The notes beneath the pieces are model-generated. The model worked only from the letters and a program-made list of their open reading frames with translations, was not told the origin of the DNA and searched no databases. Below, piece by piece: positions 43,960 to 53,276 of a DNA stretch of 64,000 nt; positions within the stretch are counted from its first letter, which is position 1; each line of letters opens with the position of its first letter. The translations under genes were made by a program, and so were the position numbers. This DNA comes from Flammeovirgaceae bacterium (GTDB lineage: Bacteria; Bacteroidota; Bacteroidia; Cytophagales; Cyclobacteriaceae): positions 36,940 to 100,939 of the forward strand of contig JAIYCV010000006.1 of the NCBI GenBank assembly GCA_027487845.1, in the 5' to 3' direction.

Positions 43960-45348
43960 ATGAAGAGTTATCGTGAGCTAATCGAACAGACCTTTGAATT
44001 TCCGCAGGAAGAATTTAAGGTTTGGGAGCACGAACTTCTTTTCAACGATGTTCCGTTGATGGACATCATTAAACAATACGGAACCCCTCTTAAGCTCACC
44101 TATCTGCCTCGCATAAGCGAAAACATACGTTTTGTGCAAGCTACGTTTAACAAGGCAATTGAAAAATTCAAGTACAAAGGCACTTACACGTATTGCTATT
44201 GTTCAAAATCCTCCCATTTTTCGTTTGTGATGGAGGAGGCTCTGAAAAACAACACACATCTTGAAACGTCATCTTCTTTTGATATTCCTATTATAAGAGA
44301 GTTGTATGAACGTGGAAAAATAACGAAAGACCATTACATTCTCTGCAACGGATTTAAAATGCCGTTGTACACACAATATATTTCCGACTTATTGAATGAT
44401 GAATTTAACTGCGTTCCGATTCTAGATACACTGGAAGAGATTGATATATATGAACAAAAGGTAGATAAGCCATTTAGGGTGGGAATACGTGTGGCCTCTG
44501 ATGAAGAACCCAACTTTGATTTTTACACTTCTCGTTTAGGTATACGCTACAGCGATATCACTCCGTTGTATAAAGATAAAATTGAGAAGAGCCAGAAGGC
44601 ATCACTTAAGATGCTGCACTTTTTTATTAATACGGGTATAAAAGATACCGCTTACTATTGGAGCGAGTTGAGCCGATTTATTTTTAAGTATTGCGAATTA
44701 AAGAAGATATGTCCCACGCTAGATTCGATTGATATCGGAGGCGGTTTTCCTATCAAAACGTCACTTACTTTTCAATACGATTATAAATATATGATCGAGC
44801 AGATTGTTGAAAATATTAAGTGGATTTGTGATAAGAACAATGTGGAAGTGCCTCACATCTTTACCGAATTTGGAAGCTACACGGTAGGCGAAAGTGGAGC
44901 TGTTTTATATTCGGTGGTGAACCAAAAATTACAGAACGATAAAGAACTTTGGTACATGGTAAACGGCTCGTTTATTACACACCTGCCCGATGCATGGGGG
45001 CTTAAACAAAAATACGTTTTGTTGGCTGTTAACAAGTGGGACGACCCATACCATAAAGTGAATATTGGTGGACTGACTTGCGACAGTATGGATTACTACA
45101 ATTCAGAGTCGCACACAGGGGAGGTATTCATGCCGATGATAAACGATGAAGAGCCTTTGCATATTGGCTTTTTCCATACCGGTGCCTACCAAGAGTCGCT
45201 GGGTGGTTATGGCGGCATTCAACATTGCTTAATACCGGCACCACAGCACGTGTTGGTAGACAGAAATGAAGATGGTGAAATCACAACCAAATTATTTGCC
45301 GCTGCTCAAACGAGTGAGAGCATGCTAAAACTGTTGGGCTACAAATAG
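43960..45348 (+). CDS. speA: Arginine decarboxylase (Bacteroidota type, PLP-dependent)
   Basis: YCYCSKSSHF (PLP Lys), CNGFK, SRLG, HFFIN, DIGGG, EFG, GGLTCDS and GAYQ. Divergent from the arginase gene. Confidence 0.9.
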   Translation: MKSYRELIEQTFEFPQEEFKVWEHELLFNDVPLMDIIKQYGTPLKLTYLPRISENIRFVQATFNKAIEKFKYKGTYTYCYCSKSSHFSFVMEEALKNNTHLETSSSFDIPIIRELYERGKITKDHYILCNGFKMPLYTQYISDLLNDEFNCVPILDTLEEIDIYEQKVDKPFRVGIRVASDEEPNFDFYTSRLGIRYSDITPLYKDKIEKSQKASLKMLHFFINTGIKDTAYYWSELSRFIFKYCELKKICPTLDSIDIGGGFPIKTSLTFQYDYKYMIEQIVENIKWICDKNNVEVPHIFTEFGSYTVGESGAVLYSVVNQKLQNDKELWYMVNGSFITHLPDAWGLKQKYVLLAVNKWDDPYHKVNIGGLTCDSMDYYNSESHTGEVFMPMINDEEPLHIGFFHTGAYQESLGGYGGIQHCLIPAPQHVLVDRNEDGEITTKLFAAAQTSESMLKLLGYK

Positions 45349-45882
45349 TTACTTTTTCTTGCCGCTTTTTAGAATAAGCTTCGAGGCTTCTAGCAGACTT
45401 TCTGTTTTAAAGTCGCCCATTTCATTCGCTTCGATTTCATTACCTATTTGAATTGTTTTTATACCGAGCTGACGCGCTGGAATGATATCCCTGCCACGGT
45501 CGCCTACCATCCATGATTTTTTTACATCAATTGAAAACTTGGCGATCGCTTTTTCGAACATCAGCGTCCCAGGCTTTCTTAGAAGCGAGTTTGTTACCGA
45601 AGGATGGTATGGGGAAAAATAGATATGATCGATTACATGTTCACACGCTTCTTGAAGAAAGATATGGCATAGCTCCATTTGCCGTTGAGTATATTTCCTT
45701 TGAGCTATGCCCGATTGATTGGTAACTACTACCAGCACGTAACCGGCTTCTTTGAGGTTGTAAAGTGCTTCTAAAACGCCTGGCAGAATTGTGAATTTTG
45801 AAAGCAGGAAGGTATAATTTATGTTGTCTTCGTTGAGAACTCCATCGCGGTCTAGAAAAACGCATTTTTTTGAAATAGCCAT
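45349..45882 (-). CDS. HAD-IIIA phosphatase (GmhB/HisB-N-like); start at ATG 45882
   Basis: FLDRDGVLN, VVTNQSGIA, RKPGTLM and MVGDRGRDI. Confidence 0.9.
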   Translation of the reverse strand: MAISKKCVFLDRDGVLNEDNINYTFLLSKFTILPGVLEALYNLKEAGYVLVVVTNQSGIAQRKYTQRQMELCHIFLQEACEHVIDHIYFSPYHPSVTNSLLRKPGTLMFEKAIAKFSIDVKKSWMVGDRGRDIIPARQLGIKTIQIGNEIEANEMGDFKTESLLEASKLILKSGKKK

Positions 45883-46009
45883 AAGTAACTCAAATTTAAT
45901 AGATTCGATTTGATCCCTGCTCATTCTAAAACAATTAGAGAAAATTTCTTGTGTTGAATTGTATCTTTTAAAAGATCTTGCATTATGGTTTCGACCAAGT
46001 AAATTCTCA

Positions 46010-46576
46010 ATGCCACAGCAGATAGCAAAAGAAAAGGAATTGGATTTCGATGAAGAACGTGTCATCAGGCAAGCCCAAACAGATCCCGCTGCCTTTAAGC
46101 CAGTGTATGAAATGTACTTTCGGAGAATTTTTGTTTTTGTTCATCATCGGATTGGAGAAAAGGAATTGAGCGCAGACGTTACTCATCAAGTATTTTTAAA
46201 GGCCCTTACTAATTTATCAAAATTTCAATTTAGGGGTGTACCCTTTTCCGCTTGGCTATTTCGGATTGCTCTAAACGAATGCAATGATTACTATCGAAAA
46301 ACAAGAAAAGCGAGGTTGGTCTCCTTAGATGAAAAAGCCACAAGTAACTTATTTGATGAACTTACCTATGACATTCGAGTAGATGAGCTTGAGAATAGAT
46401 TGCCAGAAATGCTGGGAAAACTAAATTTCAATGAGTTACAATTAATACAGCTTCGTTTTTTTGAAAGCCGCTCTTTCAAAGAAGTCGGTGACATTGTGGG
46501 CATTTCGGAAGGAAATGCGAAGGTCAAGACCTATCGAGTAGTAGGTAAAATAAGAAAAATGTTTTTAAAAGAATGA
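46010..46576 (+). CDS. ECF sigma-70 family RNA polymerase sigma factor
   Basis: AFKPVYEMY..RIFVFV, DVTHQVFLKA, FSAWLFRIA.N and region 4 SFKEVGDIVGISEGNAKV. The in-frame ATG at 46010 is preferred over the track start. Confidence 0.92.
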   Translation: MPQQIAKEKELDFDEERVIRQAQTDPAAFKPVYEMYFRRIFVFVHHRIGEKELSADVTHQVFLKALTNLSKFQFRGVPFSAWLFRIALNECNDYYRKTRKARLVSLDEKATSNLFDELTYDIRVDELENRLPEMLGKLNFNELQLIQLRFFESRSFKEVGDIVGISEGNAKVKTYRVVGKIRKMFLKE

Positions 46577-47238
46577 ATAACATAATTGTAAAGAAAATGC
46601 AAGAGGTGAGAGAGGAGGAAATCGATAAGTTTAAGAGCTTTGATCGGTTGTTGGTTGATTACAATCACATAAAAGCTAAAAAAGGCATACTGGTAAAAAA
46701 GATAATTGTTGCTGGTATAGTAGTGGTGACTTCTGTTACGGTTACTTACGTTGCGTTGTTCTTTGAGAGGACGCAAGTAGCAACTAAGGCCGTGGTCATT
46801 GAAAGGCCCACAACTAAACAGCTAAATGAAAAAAAGCAAGATAACCAAACACCTATAATTGAACCGAAAAAAGTAACTCAACCTAGCAAAAAAGTTACTG
46901 AATTAAAGCCAATGGAACCTAGCCCAGCTTATGTTGCTGCAGAGCCCGAGTTAGGTTATCCCCATCTATATTCTTATTTTGATCGCGAACTTAACTATCC
47001 AGACATGCACCGCAAAGATTCAATAAATGGGATCGTCACAGCAGTCTTTGTTATTGATGAGAAAGGGATACCAACCCAAATAAAAATACTCAATTCGTTG
47101 GGCGCTGGTTTTGACGAAGAAGTAACACGCCTCATTGCGGGCATGCCTAAATGGCGACCTGCTACCTTAAATGGTAAGCAGGTTGTTAGTAAGATTTCCG
47201 TTCCTTTTACATTTTCAATAACCAAAAAAATAAAATAG
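46573..47238 (+). CDS. Single-TM protein with C-terminal TonB_C domain (energy transducer TonB-like/possible anti-sigma)
   Basis: ATGA overlap with the sigma gene. Short cytoplasmic N-terminus, one TM, a Pro/Lys linker, then LNYP...GIVTAVFVIDEKG...GAGFDEEV.RL...MPKWRPA.LNGK.V. Confidence 0.8.
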   Translation: MNNIIVKKMQEVREEEIDKFKSFDRLLVDYNHIKAKKGILVKKIIVAGIVVVTSVTVTYVALFFERTQVATKAVVIERPTTKQLNEKKQDNQTPIIEPKKVTQPSKKVTELKPMEPSPAYVAAEPELGYPHLYSYFDRELNYPDMHRKDSINGIVTAVFVIDEKGIPTQIKILNSLGAGFDEEVTRLIAGMPKWRPATLNGKQVVSKISVPFTFSITKKIK

Positions 47239-47240
47239 GC

Positions 47241-49664
47241 ATGAAAAAATTGATTTGGTTATGTGTGTTGATTATCGTTTCCAACTCATTGAGTGCTCAA
47301 CAGCTCAAGAAAAAATTTAGTTGGAAAGAAAAAGCCTTCAAAACACTAGATATTACCTGGGTTGATGTTGATAACGATAGTCTTTTGGATGTTGTGCTGA
47401 CAGGGAAAGACAGCCTGCAAAAATTTAAAACAATTTTCCTAAAAAATAAAGTTGATTCGTTTGTGGTAAGATCTGGGCTGATTCTCAGCGGCACGTTAAA
47501 CGCCCAGACATGGAAAGATGTGGACCACGATAACCGAATTGATTTAGTCCAGTTTGGCGCAACAGGTTCGATAGCCACCACCTCCGTTTTATTGAATCAA
47601 GGTAAGTTTACTTTTTTGAAATCCGAAAAGAAATTTCCCATTATTAAAGATATTACATTTGCTACATTACAAGACTTAGACAATGATGGCCATGAAGATT
47701 GGATAGCTGTGGGCATAAATTTTATTAAGATTTTTCAAGCATCAGACACAACTTATCAACTTAGGTTGGATTCCACTAATCTCACCATTGAATCAATTGT
47801 AACAAGGGATTTTAACAAAGATGGGTTAAACGATATTGTTGTTTCAGGCTACGATAAAAAAGGAAACCCACAATTGCAATCATGGATCAACAAAGGAAAT
47901 TTCAAATTCAAAAATCTCCTAATTAAGAATCCGATAGCAGGAAAGGTAGAGACGGGGGATTATGATCATGATGGATGGTTTGATTTAATAGTTGCGGGTC
48001 AAAACCTAAAAAAAATTGATCAGGCTAATTTTTATAAAAATGATAGCCTTTTGTTTAAAGTAAAAGACTCGATTCGCTCTTATGGAAGGTCGCAAATGCT
48101 TTTGGCCGACCTTGACTCAGATGGTTTGGCCGACCTTTCTTTTTTTGGTGTGCAGTCAACAGGCAAAAAGTATAATTTGTTAAAAAAGTCCGACAGTACT
48201 TTTTTAGCAATTGACACAACTGGGCTAGTTGCACAACGGTGGGGAGATTATGATCGAGACGGTGATCTTGACCTAATTGCTGTTAAGGACTCGCTCGGCT
48301 ATACAGTATTATCAGTCAGTAAAGCGGAGACGAAGGCTAATAAACCTCCTGTAAAATCAGGTCTTAGTTTTGCTATGTCTACTTTCAAAAAGACATTTTT
48401 TTATTGGAATCCCGCGGTAGATGATAAAACACCCACCAAGTCACTCACTTATGATCTGTACTTAATTCGTGACGGGAATGCCACAAATATATTAGCTCCA
48501 GAGTTTGACTTTGCAACGAAAAGGAGGCTTTTGGTAACCCATGGCAATCAAACCACCAATAACTTTGCTGTACTCAATAATCTTTCGGATGCTCGCTATA
48601 GGTATACCATTCAGCCCATAGACAATGCTTTCAATGGTGCTTATACTCCTCGTGGAAGTGGGTCTGGCGGTGGAAACTGCTATGGGGGTGGAGTTCAAGA
48701 TTGTTTGGATTTAAAGCACGATTACGTGCAAGCATGTAAAGGTGAGACAGTAGAACTAAGATCGTCCGGTATGGCTTATTGGTTCTCTACCACAAAGGGC
48801 TTTCTGAAAATATCCACCAGCTACAGCTACCAAGCACTAGCAACTGATACGATAGTGAGCGTTGTTCCGCAATCAACAGACTGCAATAAAAACAATATTT
48901 GGGTTGTACGGGTAAACGGTTCATCAAAAGCCGAGACACAAACAAAATTTTTCTGCGAAAATAGTACGGTTAAAATTGGCATCGAGCCCGGTTGGAAAAA
49001 CATTGTTTGGACAGGACTGCCCACAAATCCGGCAACCGACAGTATCAGTATAAAAGTAGTAGCACCCGTTAAGTTGAAGGTAACTGCCACTTCTTCTACC
49101 TGCATTTATTCTAAAGAATTTACTATCGGGATGAGCACACCATTGGTTTCAGTAGCAGCCAGGAGCCTAATCCTTCGGCAGGGTGAAAGTGTGCAATTAA
49201 CAGCCTCTGGGTCAAAAAAATATTTATGGACTCCGTCAATTGGTCTTGATAACAAAACCTCGGCCACACCAATAGCTAACCCAATAAAGCCAACAACGTA
49301 TATTGTGCAGGGATTTGATTCTATTGGTTGTGTTGCCAGCGATACGGTCACTATTGACGTAGTGGAAACGGCATTTGTTCCTGCCATGTTCACGCCAAAC
49401 GGAGATGGCAACAATGATGAATTTAAAATTTTGGGACTCACCTACGGAGACGAATTTCAGTTTACTATTTTTAATAGAGAAGGAGTTACCGTCTACGAAT
49501 CAAACGAGGTAGTGAAGGCAACGTCACAAGGTTGGAACGGAAATAATGACGGAACACCTCAGCCAAGCGGTTTGTATTATTGGAAAATTATTGGTAAACA
49601 GAACGATGGGCAGCCGTTACGGTTAAATGGCAAAACAAAAGGTTCCGTGTTATTAGTTAGGTAA
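47241..49664 (+). CDS. T9SS type B cargo protein with FG-GAP/VCBS repeats
   Basis: Repeated DxDxDG.xD motifs; C-terminal FTPNGDGNND...IFNREG...GLYYW (gliding-motility-associated C-terminal domain). Confidence 0.9.
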   Translation: MKKLIWLCVLIIVSNSLSAQQLKKKFSWKEKAFKTLDITWVDVDNDSLLDVVLTGKDSLQKFKTIFLKNKVDSFVVRSGLILSGTLNAQTWKDVDHDNRIDLVQFGATGSIATTSVLLNQGKFTFLKSEKKFPIIKDITFATLQDLDNDGHEDWIAVGINFIKIFQASDTTYQLRLDSTNLTIESIVTRDFNKDGLNDIVVSGYDKKGNPQLQSWINKGNFKFKNLLIKNPIAGKVETGDYDHDGWFDLIVAGQNLKKIDQANFYKNDSLLFKVKDSIRSYGRSQMLLADLDSDGLADLSFFGVQSTGKKYNLLKKSDSTFLAIDTTGLVAQRWGDYDRDGDLDLIAVKDSLGYTVLSVSKAETKANKPPVKSGLSFAMSTFKKTFFYWNPAVDDKTPTKSLTYDLYLIRDGNATNILAPEFDFATKRRLLVTHGNQTTNNFAVLNNLSDARYRYTIQPIDNAFNGAYTPRGSGSGGGNCYGGGVQDCLDLKHDYVQACKGETVELRSSGMAYWFSTTKGFLKISTSYSYQALATDTIVSVVPQSTDCNKNNIWVVRVNGSSKAETQTKFFCENSTVKIGIEPGWKNIVWTGLPTNPATDSISIKVVAPVKLKVTATSSTCIYSKEFTIGMSTPLVSVAARSLILRQGESVQLTASGSKKYLWTPSIGLDNKTSATPIANPIKPTTYIVQGFDSIGCVASDTVTIDVVETAFVPAMFTPNGDGNNDEFKILGLTYGDEFQFTIFNREGVTVYESNEVVKATSQGWNGNNDGTPQPSGLYYWKIIGKQNDGQPLRLNGKTKGSVLLVR

Positions 49665-49680
49665 TAGATTCTATTTCAAT

Positions 49681-51288
49681 TTGAAAAATATTCTAATTGT
49701 GATTTGTTTGCTGACGGGAAGACATGTTTCAGCGCAGTACTTTCAATTTTCGCAATTCAACTTTGCCAAAGCGCGTGTAAACCCAGCAATGATCGCAACA
49801 ACGAGGTACGCATCCGCTTCGATACTTAGCAGAACTCAGAATACGGCAGGTGATTTTGCTATTTCAAGCAATTTTTTGTCGTTGGTTTATCCATTGGTGA
49901 ACCGAAGTACTGGTAGGCCCGGATCTGGAATAGGAGTTACCATGATGGATGATCGCTCACAAGGTGTTTTTAGTAATCAGGAGGTAACTTTAAACTACGC
50001 CATCAATGCGAGATTATCTAAATATTCAACGTTGTCATTCGGGTTTAAAGGACTTTATCAAACGCGAAGTATTGGATTGGAGGGTTTTACTACGGGATTG
50101 CAATATGTTGAGGATAGAGGTTTTAATGCATCGGCACCTAATGGTGAAAGCTTTTCGCAACTTAGGTCTAACTACACCACCTTTAGTACAGGAGTATACT
50201 GGCAACAGGTTGACAAGAAAGACAATCCGATCGGATACTGGGGCATATCTCTATTCGATCTAAACAGGCCAAAAGATATTTCATTTGCAGGGCGGGGTCA
50301 GATAGAATCAACCTTTGTTATTAGCGGAGGCCTTCGTGCATTTCACAAGGAGGCAATATCAGTCTTTCCCGAGTTGCTGTTTACCACGAGTTACGGCAGC
50401 AATTTGTTAAATGCTGGTTTTCGATTTCAATATGACCTAACCCCCAAATCAGCTAAATCGGCTGGTAAATTGGATGTGCTTGCGAAGTACGTTCCGGGCA
50501 GGTCAGTAATAGCGGGAGCTCAACTTCATCGAGAGAATATTTCACTAGGGTTGAGTTACGATTTTCCAGCTTTCACTTCCAATTCCGGCAATCTTGGAGC
50601 CCTCGAAATTGGGTTGGAGGTGCGAAAGCTGGTAACGCCAGCTAATTCGCCCAAAAAGAAAACCAATAAAAAGAAGAGTTCTAAAAAGAAAAATTCTAAA
50701 AAGAAATCGAAAGCAAAAAAGAAAGTAGCACTGCAAAAGAAACCGTTGCCTAAACCATCGCCTACGCAGCCAACCAAGCCTACGGTGTCAGTAAAGAAGG
50801 AGGTTAAGAAAGATTCTGTGTCCACAATTACGTTGCCTTTGCCGGAACAAAAGCAGATGCTTATTACAGTTGAAGATAATAAAATCGATACTACCTATGT
50901 TACCATGGATGCCAAGGCCGGAGCGATTAGGCAAGAGCCTTATGCGTTTGAAAAGATAACGCTGCGCTTCCATTTTGAATTTAACAGTGTTGACATTGAC
51001 GACGAGTCAGAAGCTTTTTTGAGCGACCTAAGCAAAACTCTTTTAGAGGATAAAAATCTCAAACTTAAGATAGTTGGACATACTGATAACAGAGGCTCCG
51101 TTTCCTACAATGAAAAGCTCTCGTTGCGCAGAGCCGAATCCGTGAAAAAGCATTTGTTAAAAACCGGTGTCGATCCCGCAAGAGTCGAAACCGAGGGCAA
51201 AGGAATGATGGAGCCCATCGTGGAGAATGATTCCGATGAAAATAGAGCAAAAAATAGGCGGGTCCAAATTCTCCTGTTCCGAGAGTGA
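49681..51288 (+). CDS. PorP/SprF-family T9SS membrane protein fused via a Lys-rich linker to an OmpA_C domain
   Basis: QYFQFSQFNF...VNPA, LGLSYDF and GALEIGL (PorP/SprF); C-terminal IVGHTDNRGS..YNEKLS.RRA and NRRVQI (OmpA). Confidence 0.88.
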   Translation: MKNILIVICLLTGRHVSAQYFQFSQFNFAKARVNPAMIATTRYASASILSRTQNTAGDFAISSNFLSLVYPLVNRSTGRPGSGIGVTMMDDRSQGVFSNQEVTLNYAINARLSKYSTLSFGFKGLYQTRSIGLEGFTTGLQYVEDRGFNASAPNGESFSQLRSNYTTFSTGVYWQQVDKKDNPIGYWGISLFDLNRPKDISFAGRGQIESTFVISGGLRAFHKEAISVFPELLFTTSYGSNLLNAGFRFQYDLTPKSAKSAGKLDVLAKYVPGRSVIAGAQLHRENISLGLSYDFPAFTSNSGNLGALEIGLEVRKLVTPANSPKKKTNKKKSSKKKNSKKKSKAKKKVALQKKPLPKPSPTQPTKPTVSVKKEVKKDSVSTITLPLPEQKQMLITVEDNKIDTTYVTMDAKAGAIRQEPYAFEKITLRFHFEFNSVDIDDESEAFLSDLSKTLLEDKNLKLKIVGHTDNRGSVSYNEKLSLRRAESVKKHLLKTGVDPARVETEGKGMMEPIVENDSDENRAKNRRVQILLFRE

Positions 51289-51406
51289 TTTCGTTGCTTA
51301 GTCAGGATGTTTTTTATGAGATTCAGACCAATTACAACCTTGAACTTACATCACGTGTTGCTTAAAGCATTGTTTTTTATAGTTTTGCCCGATAACCGAA
51401 AAAGTT

Positions 51407-52150
51407 TTGTCAAAAGCAATTGTCATTATCCCCACTTATAATGAAAGGGAAAACATCTCCTTGATCATTGAGGCAGTATTTTCGTTACCTAAACAATTTC
51501 ATGTTCTCATCGTAGACGATGGCTCGCCAGATGGAACAGCAGATCTAGTCAAAAGCCTTCAGGGGAAATTCAATTCAGAGTCGATTCAGCTGCATTTGAT
51601 GGAGCGAAAAGGGAAGCAGGGACTAGGGACAGCTTACATTGCCGGATTCAAATACGCTATCGAGAAAGGTTACGAGTTTATCTTGGAAATGGATGCCGAT
51701 TTTTCACACGATCCGAAAGACCTTGTATTGCTTTTACGAGCTTGTGAAGAAGAAGGAAATGATGTTTCTATAGGTTCTCGTTACGTTACGGGGGTAAATG
51801 TGGTAAACTGGCCAATGAGCCGTGTCCTGCTTTCTTACTGCGCCAGTATGTACGTTCGCTATATAACTAACATTCCAGTTCGCGATACCACCGCTGGTTT
51901 TGTCTGCTACCGGAAAGGAGTTCTAGAAGCCATTCAACTGGATAAGATCAAGTTTGTGGGCTATGCTTTTCAGATAGAAATGAAGTTCAAATCATGGAAG
52001 CGTGGGTTTAAGCTCAAGGAAGTTCCCATCATCTTTACGGAGCGAACACGCGGGCAATCAAAAATGTCGGCTGGAATTTTTAAAGAGGCTTTTTTAGGAG
52101 TTATCCAACTTCAGGTGCAGAGCTGGTTTACCAACTACAAAGTGAATTAA
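51407..52150 (+). CDS. Polyprenol monophosphomannose synthase-like GT2 glycosyltransferase
   Basis: IIPTYNE, VDDGSPDGT, GLGTAY, EMDADFSH, IGSRY and GYAFQIEMK. Confidence 0.92.
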   Translation: MSKAIVIIPTYNERENISLIIEAVFSLPKQFHVLIVDDGSPDGTADLVKSLQGKFNSESIQLHLMERKGKQGLGTAYIAGFKYAIEKGYEFILEMDADFSHDPKDLVLLLRACEEEGNDVSIGSRYVTGVNVVNWPMSRVLLSYCASMYVRYITNIPVRDTTAGFVCYRKGVLEAIQLDKIKFVGYAFQIEMKFKSWKRGFKLKEVPIIFTERTRGQSKMSAGIFKEAFLGVIQLQVQSWFTNYKVN

Positions 52151-52314
52151 GTAATTCAGATACCAATTACGGCAAAAGTATCCCAGTAAAAAGCATTGAG
52201 GTATGTTTCTTTAACTTGTTTTTGCCCTTTTTTCATCGGGTCAATGACTCAAATTTTTTTAGAGGTTAGGGAGGATATATTTCTATTCATCCGTTGATCG
52301 TGAACTGATCTATC

Positions 52315-53223
52315 TTAAAACTGGTCGTCTACAGAAGTATGGGAAGTAAAAACGGCAGTTCTAATTCCAATCAATACTTCGTTGGTAACAAACTGAGTGC
52401 CTACTGAAGCACCGGTAGGTACTTCGAAAGAATAGGCTAACTTAAACTTGTCTAAGAACTTCATCTGCGCCAACAGCCCAAACGTGTTGAGGTTGCGAGT
52501 ATATGCTCCAACCAAGTAGTTTCGATTCAAAATTAAATTTAAGTTCACGTCCACCGATAGCGGATTTCCGTTGGTGGCCTTCAGCAGCGTAGCGGGTTTG
52601 AACACTACCTTCTCGCTGACAAAGAAAAGATAAGAAGCAAATAGATAATAGTGCTGCTGGTAAACCTTAAAATCCTGCCCCCCAGCTTGCACGGTAGCGG
52701 CAATTAGGCGCGGTACAGAAACACCCAAAAGGTACCTATCTGTTTTCAGCATCACGCCCACCCCGAGTGTGGGTACCATCTCGCTAACGGTTGGAAAAAA
52801 GGGGTCAGTAGGGTCTTGAAGATTTAACTTTCCGGGCGAAACAGCGTAATTGGTTAAACCAGCAGACATGCCGAAAGAAACTACTTTTCGATCTAAGTTA
52901 AGCTTGTATGCAAACAAACCGCTAACAGCAGTAATCTTGTTTTCGCCAATATTATCCTGAACGATCTGTAGGCCAGCGCCTATTTTATTGTGTAGTAAAG
53001 AGATGGCACCGTTAGCGTTTAGGGCGTTGGGCGCCCCATCAAAACTTGCCCATTGTCTTCGGTAACTAACGTTCACCGCTAAATTATTGCTAAGCCCCGT
53101 ATAAGCGGGATTGATTACCAACGGATTATTAAGATACAGTCCGTACAGGGGATCCTGCTGTGCTTGCGCGGATAAGGTGGCAAGCAATAGTAACAAAGAC
53201 AGGTAAAAAATTGAGCCTTTCAT
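52315..53223 (-). CDS. PorP/SprF-family T9SS membrane protein
   Basis: QQDPLYGLY..NPLVINPAY.G, YRRQW, QHYYL and AYSFE. It follows a type B cargo gene, which is the established pairing. Confidence 0.92.
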   Translation of the reverse strand: MKGSIFYLSLLLLLATLSAQAQQDPLYGLYLNNPLVINPAYTGLSNNLAVNVSYRRQWASFDGAPNALNANGAISLLHNKIGAGLQIVQDNIGENKITAVSGLFAYKLNLDRKVVSFGMSAGLTNYAVSPGKLNLQDPTDPFFPTVSEMVPTLGVGVMLKTDRYLLGVSVPRLIAATVQAGGQDFKVYQQHYYLFASYLFFVSEKVVFKPATLLKATNGNPLSVDVNLNLILNRNYLVGAYTRNLNTFGLLAQMKFLDKFKLAYSFEVPTGASVGTQFVTNEVLIGIRTAVFTSHTSVDDQF

Positions 53224-53276
53224 CTCGTACGTGTTAATGGTTATCTGTAAGCTGAAATTTCTGATTAGAAAATGGA

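Noticed and set aside
45883-46065. N-terminal extension of the HAD phosphatase in the ORF track
   Set aside because: It overlaps the divergent sigma-factor gene; family homology starts at MAISKK (45882).
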